Assembly: GCA_032718475.1 (NCBI GenBank)
Contig: JAUCBJ010009162.1
Location: 1 to 56,761 of the forward strand
Source of the DNA: Nemertoderma westbladi
Taxonomy: Eukaryota > Animalia > Xenacoelomorpha
Direction: 5' to 3'
Length of the DNA stretch: 56,761 nucleotides
Part shown: positions 48,217 through 56,761 of the stretch, piece after piece
Position numbering within the stretch: the first letter of the stretch is position 1
Layout: every line of letters starts with the position of its first letter
Made by a program: the position numbers and the translations under genes
Notes under the pieces: model-generated
What the model was told of the DNA's origin: nothing
Database searches by the model: none
Seen by the model: only the letters and a program-made list of their open reading frames with translations

Positions 48217-50562
48217 ATGTCTGACACCCAGCAAAACCTGTCAGACAGTCTAATCGATACAACCATCTGTGACACAGATAGGAGTGTGGAGCGATTAAGA
48301 AAGGAGTTCAGCTCACCTCCTACTGAAAGAAAGGTCATCCCTCCAGTAGTAGTATCAGACCCTAAGCTAATCCAACACCGTAGGTCTATCATCGGCACTC
48401 GGGCCCAAGTCAAACGGAACCAGGAAGCAGCTGTCCAACAGCAGCAACATCCTAGTCAAGAAACTTGTTCCCAGCGATCCGATAGCTCCAGTAGTTCGGA
48501 TACTGTAGAGCTGACCCCCGAACGCGGAGTGCAGATGGCGGCTACAGCCTACTCGGATCCCCTTCTCACCCTTCCTGCCGCAGTGCTAACTACTATATTG
48601 ATTGCGGTGGAGGAACATCAAGCCGATTGGGCGAGAAGTAAGCGAGCGACCCAAGATAGTTATGCGGGATACGCCAGGAAAGATTTGATGTCTATTGTCG
48701 AGTCACAATGGAACTTTCCCGGACCCGGACTCCCGTTAGATTTGTCCGAAGCTACTTGGGAAGACATACACAGGATGGGAGTGACTAAAGATACAATGGA
48801 TCCAGCTGTTTGGAAGAGGTCGGCAGCAGGATATGTGCAGGGATTCTTCGGCTCCTTAGAGCGATTGGAAGAACAACTGTTTCGACAACCCCAAGGACCT
48901 CAAGAGCAGGAAGAGCTGCTATATCAAGTACGCGAAAGAACCCTACGCATTAGACTAATCCTATCAGCCTTTGAGGAAACTTCCAAAAGAAGACAGGACA
49001 CGTCGCTGCAGGTTGCTGTCAAGACTTGGTTCCAGCGGGTAGGTCTCAAAGTACAAGAAATGGCCCAGTGGAAATCCCAGCTGGCTGAGAGACCAACCTA
49101 TGAAGAACCAACAGATGCCACCCTTTCTCAAGAGGAAAGCGAAGGGATAGCAGAGAGACCGCGAACGAGAGACGCCATCGACATCTATCTGTCAGACTAT
49201 CAACGCTTCTTGGGTGATGAAGAGTTGAGGAGACGACTGGCTGGACTTCGCCCCAATAGTGAAGGAACCAAGCTTGTGTTGGACTCAATCGATGCGGAAA
49301 TGTCAGCTGCAAATCAAGCTAAATTTGATGAAAAACTCCGCCTCGCTAGAGTCCAAGAAGAACAAGTAAAGAAAAAACGGATAGAGGACAGAAAGGCAGT
49401 AGCAGCGGCGAAAGCGGCAGCGTCAGTGGAAGAGGCAAAGGCGGCAGCGGCAGTGGAAGCGGCAAAGGCAGTAGCAAAAGCGGTAGCAGCGGCAGTGGAA
49501 GAGGCAGAAGCAAAAGCGGCAGCGGCAGTGGAAGCGGCCAAAGCAGCAGCAGCAATGGCATTGGCAGAAGCAGAACAGAGGGCATCTGAAAAGACCACAC
49601 AACTGGAGTTGGAAAATCTTCAAGAGACGCAAGATTGCATAAATAAACAGTTAACTGCTAGTCAAATGCAGATGAGGAGTCGATCTACTCCCAAGCGCCA
49701 AGGATACACATCATCGGAGGAAGGCGAGACCACCGATCCTGAAGGCGGAGGAAATAGATCTCGTCTAAGCAGGCGTAGAAAAACATCTCACCGTCACAAA
49801 TTACCTGATTTGCCCCCGGCGGTTAGAAGACAACTAACTAGCACAGACTTAGGTAGTACAGATCCCACAGACCAAATTATTAAGGTCAAAAGACTCCCTA
49901 CCATAGTTGATGAGCCTGAAATAATTAGGCCTGTCGTTCCCAAATCCACTCCTGTGCTAGAGACCCCTGTACTTCCAGAACTTAACTCTACATTTCATTT
50001 ACACAGTACTACACTGCCTGTACCAGGTAGAACAGTCCATGAGAATAACCCTGTCCTGGAAGCTGAGAGAGAAATAAAAGATTTGTCTCCCGTCGTCCCA
50101 CGTCAGCCCGCTACAATGTTGGCGACTCCCGCTTCGGCGGTCGAGTGGGTAGAGGAGGGACGGCGGGGGATGAATCTCCTGCTCGGACAGATGCAGGAGA
50201 CTGTCCACCAACTTAAGGGAACAGTAAGGGAAGGTAGGGCCGAATTGCAAGAAATGCAGCAAAGTATCGCGCTAGAACGCGACAAATTAGTCAATATACA
50301 AAAGGGTATACCAATACCCCCTGTAACATTGTGTCAACCTGTTAGGTCTGAAGTATTACTTGCGCAAGGTGTGGAGCCTACATGCATCTATACTGCTAGT
50401 GAAGTAGAAACTCCTATAGCAAACCCTATTAAGGGTGATTATAAACCTGTTGTTAATGATATTCCCTATAGACCTGATAATGATCCGAGAAGTTTATATA
50501 CCGATAATTCGATATTAAATAACACGATGGCCCAAGAAAGCTTTACGCGAGTAGTAGGCTAA
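48217..50562 (+). CDS. Gag-like N-terminal region (coiled coil, Ala/Glu-rich)
   Basis: 781-aa ORF with the same layout as the first gag. The frameshifted continuation RLNNVIE...VKEFAER resembles ELNHLL...IGKFAAR, which lies just before the DUF1759 region of the first element. Confidence 0.6.
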   Translation: MSDTQQNLSDSLIDTTICDTDRSVERLRKEFSSPPTERKVIPPVVVSDPKLIQHRRSIIGTRAQVKRNQEAAVQQQQHPSQETCSQRSDSSSSSDTVELTPERGVQMAATAYSDPLLTLPAAVLTTILIAVEEHQADWARSKRATQDSYAGYARKDLMSIVESQWNFPGPGLPLDLSEATWEDIHRMGVTKDTMDPAVWKRSAAGYVQGFFGSLERLEEQLFRQPQGPQEQEELLYQVRERTLRIRLILSAFEETSKRRQDTSLQVAVKTWFQRVGLKVQEMAQWKSQLAERPTYEEPTDATLSQEESEGIAERPRTRDAIDIYLSDYQRFLGDEELRRRLAGLRPNSEGTKLVLDSIDAEMSAANQAKFDEKLRLARVQEEQVKKKRIEDRKAVAAAKAAASVEEAKAAAAVEAAKAVAKAVAAAVEEAEAKAAAAVEAAKAAAAMALAEAEQRASEKTTQLELENLQETQDCINKQLTASQMQMRSRSTPKRQGYTSSEEGETTDPEGGGNRSRLSRRRKTSHRHKLPDLPPAVRRQLTSTDLGSTDPTDQIIKVKRLPTIVDEPEIIRPVVPKSTPVLETPVLPELNSTFHLHSTTLPVPGRTVHENNPVLEAEREIKDLSPVVPRQPATMLATPASAVEWVEEGRRGMNLLLGQMQETVHQLKGTVREGRAELQEMQQSIALERDKLVNIQKGIPIPPVTLCQPVRSEVLLAQGVEPTCIYTASEVETPIANPIKGDYKPVVNDIPYRPDNDPRSLYTDNSILNNTMAQESFTRVVG

Positions 50563-50889
50563 ACAACGTGATTGAGACAGCGTCTGCCATAGTCTACCAT
50601 GTTAAAGAATTTGCCGAACGGCTCTTGCCCCGCCTACTTACTATGATTACTATTGTTGCCCCACCCACTTACTATGGTTACCATGGTTACCATTGTGCAT
50701 ATGTAACATATGTCACAGCTGTGTATATATGTGACATACGCGGTATAAGACCAGTTTGCAGGCGGAAGTAATTTAATTAATTCGTGTCTACCGGTCGGCG
50801 TTTGACCTTGAACCGCAATAGGTAAAACCCAATATAGTAAGTGGGTTGCAGACGTTTGTTATTATAAAAGTCTTTAACATGATTTGATT

Positions 50890-51800
50890 ATTCTACCTAT
50901 GGGGCGAGCCATGAAGTGAGTGATAGCGTCGAAGTGTGAGTGATAGCGCCGAAGTAAGGTTATGACGCAACAACTAAAAAAGGTAAATAAACACAGACTT
51001 ATGGGGGCGAGCCGTGAAGTGAGTTCTTCCTCATCCACAACATCATTACCACTACCACCATCACCCGACGTCCCCTTCATTCCTTTCCAACATTGAAAAA
51101 ATGGGGCGAGCCATGAAGCGAGTGAAGCCTTAGCATATGGGCACCATTAATGATTTGTGGGGCGAGCTACGGTGAAGTAAGGTTATTGTATTTTAATGAT
51201 TTGATAAGGTTATAGTATTTATAATAATATTATTTTAATTTGATTATTCTACCTATGGGGCGAGCCATGAAGTGAGTGATAGCATCGAAGTAAAGGTTAT
51301 TGTATTCAACTAACGACAGCCTATCACCACGCAACAACCTATGGGGCGAGCCATGAAGTGAGTGATAGCATCGAAGTAAGGTTATTGTATTTATACTTAT
51401 CACTATGCAACAAGTTGTGGGGCGAGCCACGAAGTGAGTATAAGGTTATAGTATTTATAATATTATTTTAATTTGATTATTCTACCTATGGGGCGAGCCA
51501 TGAAGTGAGTGATAGCATCGAAGTAAGGTTAATTTAATTTGATCATTTACTTAAATCCGACGCCGCTTTATTTAAAAATTTCTCCCACCACCCCACCCGC
51601 TTATCCCGCTATCACCATCTGCCCAATCTTCTTCCGCATCCACAACATCATTACCACTACCACCATCACCCGACATCCCCTTCATTCCTTTCCAACATTG
51701 AAAAAATGGGGCGAGCCATGAAGCGAGTGAAGCCTTAGCATATGGGCACCATTAATGAGTTGTGGGGCGAGCTACGGCGAAGTATGGTTATTGTATTTAT
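50890..51800 (+). repeat. Array of 10 GGGGCGAGC(C/T)...GAAG motifs with shuffled spacers
   Basis: Copies near 50899, 51001, 51101, 51157, 51256, 51341, 51417, 51488, 51706 and 51762. Confidence 0.9.
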
Positions 51801-51880
51801 AATATTATCATTATACCAACAAATTTGATTATTATACTTAAATCCATCACCATTACTATTTTAAAATTTCTTCCACCAAC

Positions 51881-52324
51881 TCACCCATTTATCCCACTAT
51901 CCTCGCTATCTACATCCACCGCATTATTACCATTACCACCACCACCATCACCCAACACCTCCATCATTCCTTCTAACATCTCAATCCTTTCTTTCATCAC
52001 CTTCTCCTGCGCACACCTCTCAGCTTCCCTCGCTCTCCTAACCCCCTCAGCCTCCATCTCCAACTCCCAATCTTCACCCCACGCGCTGTTCTTTCTCGCC
52101 TCTTCCTCCAAATAATGGTTCTTCTCTATCTCCTCCCACTTGTTTCTCGGATTTAACAACCTCTCCAACCGCGCTTCTTCTTTCTCCCTCGCATACATAG
52201 CCACCAATATTGCTTCATTCTCCTTCGCTATTTCAGCCGCCACATCCACATCTTCCTCCTCTTCCACCTCTTCCTCCGCATCCATATCTACTTCATCCAC
52301 CACAAGTTCATTTTCCCCCAACAT
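51881..52324 (-). CDS. Small acidic/coiled-coil protein of unknown function
   Basis: ATG-initiated 147-aa ORF, co-oriented with the Maverick-like genes. Its 3' end has diverged paralogous fragments nearby. Confidence 0.55.
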   Translation of the reverse strand: MLGENELVVDEVDMDAEEEVEEEEDVDVAAEIAKENEAILVAMYAREKEEARLERLLNPRNKWEEIEKNHYLEEEARKNSAWGEDWELEMEAEGVRRAREAERCAQEKVMKERIEMLEGMMEVLGDGGGGNGNNAVDVDSEDSGING

Positions 52325-52556
52325 ATCCGCGTATAATAAATAAAATAATGTAATAAATATATAAATATGTGTATAATAATGTATAATACTATAAATAAAT
52401 TTATATAATATTTATTTCAATCGATAATTCATTATACCAACAAATAATTTACCACCACAAAATAATAATAATAATTTAACCGTGCCCGGCTCGTTGCGGC
52501 GACACCGCCTACGAACATGGCCTATTTATATAATAAAGTTTCTACCGCTCGAAGAT

Positions 52557-54677
52557 TCACACTGAATGTTTATTCTTCTTTATTTGAGGTTGCCCATTAG
52601 TCTCGATTTCATTGAAAATGTCTTCACCATCATCCGTATCATTGACGATGTCCTCTTCAAAGTCGCTGATATCTTCATACTCATAGCTAGGTGTTTTATT
52701 CACGATGAGATCAATTTTTCGCTTAAGCGCTTGTTCTTTCATGGCTTTAGGTGTTTTCATCTTCATCTGAGCGCTCACACCCCCAACGAGGGTATCAATA
52801 TCCTTATAATCATTCTTTTTTTCAGTGCTGTCTACCTGTTCATTTTCTGCAATCGCAGGCAACCAGATTTTTTTCTCATCCATTTTCTTAGCAGCGACTT
52901 TTACTGCTTCGGACGTCTTCAGCTGACTAGCATTGTTCGGCATTTCCACTTTCATTAGTTCCTCGTCCGCTAATTCATCAATCGCAGCCTCAACAACTAA
53001 CTTTTTAATCGGTAGAAACTCACACCCAGACGGAATATCGCGGTCCGCGTACTTCTGTAATTGCTTAATTATCTCGACATTTGCGTTGTTTCGAGGGATG
53101 AAAATAACCTTGGTGTCGAAGTTGTGGGACAAATATATCCCGTTTTTGTTAACGGTTGATGTGTACCTCATACTAACCTCATCGATATTCTCGTTAACAT
53201 TCTTATCTATGTTAAAGTCGAGCAAACAGAATTCATCCGCTCTGAGATTCAACCCATCGTAATATATAACACCCTTCCGCTGTCTACCTATATCATCCGC
53301 TTCCCAAACGCCGACAAATCGTTGCCCTTCAAAGTCGTAGATATATCCAATGTACCCACAATCTTCGAACTCCATAAAATTCTCATCATGAATTTCCTTC
53401 TTTTTTGGTTCAATACGGGAAAGAACGACTTTGCCGTAGATGTTTTGTAAGACATCTAGAATTTTTCGCGAGATAAAAATTGATGCGCCGTTTTTCCCAA
53501 TGCGTAAGTACGCATGATTTATCGGTGTTATAAGCAAATTGCCTCGGGTGTATTCCTTGTAATATTCAACGGCTATTTTATTATAATTGAGGAAGTCAAA
53601 CAGGAATCTTATGTTCTGGTAAGTAAGACTTACCGATTCTTGTACGACGTTGCGTCCTTTGGTATCACCCCAACGGTTGAATCGAACGTATTTCCCGTTA
53701 AATGCTTTTATTTCTATTCCTTCCCCCAAACACTCGAGGCCCCACACACTCTTACCTGTAATCACCGATACGTATGGGGCGGGCGCACTATCAGTAGAGC
53801 TACCGCTTAACCCTTTCGGTACCTAACTGGAAATTATTCAAACCCCCAAGTACCCAACTCTAATTCATGAATTTCTGAAGTCTGTCAGTCTTTCTGTCAG
53901 TTTGTCTGTCAAGACTTGAGAAAGAATAAAATCTACTAACATTCTTGCTATGGGGGTTTTCCTGGTCAAGGATTTCATTTCCGCTGTCAGTTTTCAATTT
54001 TGACCCTATCCAGACTGTTTGTCGGTCTGTCTGTCGGTCTGTCTGTCAGTCTGTCTGTCCGTCAAAAATATAAGGATTCACATTAGCTAATTAAAATTCT
54101 CTCTATGGGGGTTTTCCTGGTCAAGTATTTCATTTCCGCTGTCAGTTTTCACTTTTGACCCTATCCAGAATGTCTGTTGGTCTGTCTGTCGGTCTGTCTG
54201 TCCGTCAAAATTATAAGAATCACATTAGCTAATTAAAATTCTCTCTATGGGGGTTTTCCTGGTCAAGGATTTCACTTCCGCTGTCAGTTTTCACTTTTGA
54301 CCCTATCCAGACTGTCTGTCGGTCTGTCTGTCGGAGAGTTTGTTTAGGCTTTTTTGTTTAGGCTGTTTAGTCAGTTTAGGCGTACCTTACTGCAGTACTG
54401 CCTTATTCTGTTATTGCTAAAGTCTGGAAGTCTGTAAGCAGGTCTGCAGTAGGCCGACCGTAGTTAAATTATAGTAGATACAAGCTGAAATGCGCCGCTA
54501 ACATATAGAAGCATGTACTTAAGAGTCCAGCAACATTTTCCCTTCTTAGAAATCGAATAAATGTCATGGAACAGACGTGTGTGTCATGGCGCAATACCCA
54601 TGGAACAGACGTATGTGCCATGGTACCGAAAGGGTTAATGACATCATTTTTGGTTGTGATGGTTTCGCAGATTCCAT
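52557..54677 (-). pseudogene. Tandem PC4/p15-like ssDNA-binding domain protein, split by a MITE
   Basis: Two PC4-like patterns (IKAFNGKYVRFNRW...SVSLT..NI..L and IYDFEGQRFVGVW...GLNL..DEF..L). Removing 53811-54634 and one TTAA restores a 430-aa ORF from the ATG at 54677. Confidence 0.6.
53811..54634. mobile_element. piggyBac-like MITE, 824 bp
   Basis: TTAA-CCCTTTCGGTACC...GGTACCGAAAGGG-TTAA, i.e. perfect 13-bp TIRs with a TTAA TSD. Contains three ~145-bp repeats with TCTG runs. Confidence 0.92.
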
Positions 54678-54699
54678 CAACAAATTTTGTGAAATATTA

Positions 54700-55718
54700 A
54701 TAATTAAGTGTAAAATTACAATAATATCGCGCTATACAATGTGCGAAAAATATGATAATGAATGAATTAATCTGAATGAGAAAATAAAGTATTTTACGAC
54801 GTATTTATAATATAATGATGGGCTATCGGGAAATCGGGTATATTTTAACCACTCAACCGGTTTAATCGCTATTGTCCTGAGAAGAATTTTTTTGAAATAC
54901 TTCCTATAAATTTCAATGGAAATATTTATTTACGCTTAAATTGGTTGACGTAAGTGGTGACAGCTTTGCAGTAGCGATTAATGCGACCGATAGAAATTTC
55001 TATAGACACACCCCAGAATTTCTACAGAATATTACTCACGGTTAAATTGATTGACGTCAACTGTATTAACTGTGTAGCTTCTTAGAAGTTTCATAATTTT
55101 AAGCATGAGCGAATTTAATTTAATGTCGGGAATCGCAGGGTTCAGGAAAGTCAATTCCATTTTTGTCTGAATTTCTAGAGCCTAAACTTAGTAAGTTGTC
55201 TTCTGGGTTGTAATGTATTGACCAAAACGCGTCAAGACCAAGTATGTTATTTTTTTAAAGACGATAAGCCAAATATATTTATTAAATCCCCGTAGAATTG
55301 GAAATAGCGTCCTTTCATAGAATGCAAATGTATTTTCGATGTGTGCTTGTGATAATTAAACTTAACATCGGAGAAACCATGATGTGCTATGGAATTTTTT
55401 TTTCAAATATACGGTAATATAATTTATAATTGACTCAACGGAAGCATACAGCCCATGATTAAGATCGATTTCAATAAGATTATATGGAGCAATATGGAAT
55501 GGTATATCCGCATCTTCCATGTATTCGCCAATTTTAATTCCGGATCTTTGCTCAATATTCCTATAAGTTGATACATATTGTATTTCTTTTAGGCCCACAA
55601 CCCATTCCGTGGTAATGGGAATAGGTTTGGACAATTCAATTGTAAAATCGCTCAGGGTGTTGTTAGGATATTTATCTAGACTGGCGTCAGAAGTCAATGT
55701 CAAATGTAAGCGATCCAT
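54700..55718 (-). pseudogene. Maverick/Polinton minor capsid (penton)-like gene, disrupted
   Basis: LTLTSDAS..YPNNTLSDFTIELSKPI...EWVVGLKEIQY...N matches the Polinton penton N-terminus. LLRTI...Y motif near 54880. The ATG overlaps the integrase stop (TAATG). Confidence 0.75.
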
Positions 55719-56185
55719 TATTGTATCCTATCAACCCACCGGTGCTTCGCATAACCAACGAATTTTACCAGGTATTGTTTTTTCCCTGTTTTTTTGTTTA
55801 TTACTTTTTCCTTGATTACTTTTTCAATTGGTAAGAACTCAAACGGTTCTTTCAACTTTTTCATTTCATATTGATAAAATGTCCCTTTAATAACACGCCT
55901 ATTCACATCCATAACTTCGTACATAGGGTACGGCTCTCGATCCATCCGTATTCTAGAAATTTCGAAAATTTCCCTGGTATAGTTAGGTGTATATCCTTTG
56001 GAAAATGGCGTCGCGGTTAAACTCAGACACACTTTATCGCCAACTTTGAAATAAACTCGACGCTGTTCGCGGCGTTTCTTTTTATTGGGATGGCCCACAC
56101 TGCCATATAGTTTTAAAAATGAGTCAGTTTCATTATTTTTATTGACTGAGTTTGGCGCCATACCAATGGTTCTATGTATTGAATT
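55718..56185 (-). pseudogene. Maverick/Polinton integrase C-terminus with chromodomain
   Basis: NSIHRTIGMAP, FKVGDKV, FSKGYTPNYTREIF, IKGTFY..E, IEKVIK..YLVKFVGY...WV. The DDE core is absent. Confidence 0.88.
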
Positions 56186-56199
56186 AATAGCGGATTGCG

Positions 56200-56664
56200 A
56201 TGTCTTTTAGTGTTGTCAACAGTAATATAAGTTTGAGGTTGGTTGATGGGTGCATATCATTCGATGTGCTGGCTAAACGAATTCGAAATGGAAAACTCAT
56301 CTTAAAGCCTTTTCAATATATCGCCAAAATTTGCGGATGGACGTGTCTCTTTTTCCCGAGCGGTAAGGTCACTGTACTCGGTAAATCGCCTAAAATAATA
56401 AAAATTATTAAGTATATATATAAGCATACTGATTATAAACTAACTTTTATTTCAATCAATAGCCAAACTTATATTATTAACAATCTAGACATAGACTATA
56501 GCAAATTAATGAAAACGGTCGGGTTTCATTTTTTAGATAATTATTATAATGTGGAGGTGAAATATGAGCCGGAGATATTTAATAATATTCTTGTGCAGTT
56601 TTATCGTCGGGGTAAAACACTCGCTTCATGGCTCGCCCCATTTTTTCAATGTTGGAAGGAATGA
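56200..56664 (+). CDS. Divergent intronless TATA-binding-protein-like gene, 3'-truncated
   Basis: VVN, TCLFFPSGKVTVLG and KYEPEIF occur at TBP repeat spacing. The second F.SGK motif is lost where the repeat begins at 56618. Confidence 0.7.
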   Translation: MSFSVVNSNISLRLVDGCISFDVLAKRIRNGKLILKPFQYIAKICGWTCLFFPSGKVTVLGKSPKIIKIIKYIYKHTDYKLTFISINSQTYIINNLDIDYSKLMKTVGFHFLDNYYNVEVKYEPEIFNNILVQFYRRGKTLASWLAPFFQCWKE

Positions 56665-56761
56665 TGGGGATGTTGGGTGATGGTGGTGGTGGTAATGATG
56701 CTGAGGATGAGGAAGAAGACTGGGCGGATGGTGATAGCGGGATAAGCGGGTGAGGTGGTGG
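56618..56761 (-). repeat. Inverted copy of 51585-51729
   Basis: CACTCGCTTCATGGCTCGCCCCATTTTTT..CAATGTTGGA...GATAGCGGGATAAGCGGGTG is the diverged reverse complement. It runs off the window end. Confidence 0.9.

Larger units (their letters stand above)
44718..50620 (+). mobile_element. 5' portion of a second BEL-like LTR retrotransposon, truncated
   Basis: Starts with TGTAA exactly where the RTE fragment breaks, then a long repetitive leader and a gag-like ORF. The LTR end is undefined (candidates 45328 or ~47095). Confidence 0.55.

Noticed and set aside
50890-51800. CRISPR array
   Set aside because: Spacers are irregular in length and repeat each other, there are no cas genes, and the context is eukaryotic. 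Kept as a motif array instead.

Overview
Repeat-saturated animal-type genomic DNA, probably a marine invertebrate (inferred from the TE families and an intron-containing PAN-domain gene). It is not prokaryotic. From left to right: a possible Maverick/Polinton right terminus; CRE-type RT and YqaJ remnants; a Penelope-like endonuclease fragment with a hammerhead ribozyme; and a near-perfect 4.29-kb tandem duplication containing a 5'-truncated Penelope-like RT/GIY-YIG element plus piggyBac, Harbinger-like and zinc-finger remnants, ending at a 100-N gap. Next is a 33-bp minisatellite, in frame with a LINE ORF, into which a young 16.3-kb BEL/Pao LTR retrotransposon inserted (2.2-kb LTRs, GATAC TSD, no canonical PBS, extra 3' ORF). 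Then come HINE-, EnSpm- and RTE-like debris, two PAN/Apple exons and the 5' part of a second BEL-like element. The window ends in a rearranged Maverick-like gene cluster (integrase tail, penton, tandem PC4-like protein, TBP-like protein) bracketed by an inverted repeat and a GGGGCGAGCC motif array. The most novel candidates are the TBP+PC4-carrying Maverick-like element and possible tRNA-independent priming in the BEL element. All family assignments are by-eye motif recognition, with no database searches.
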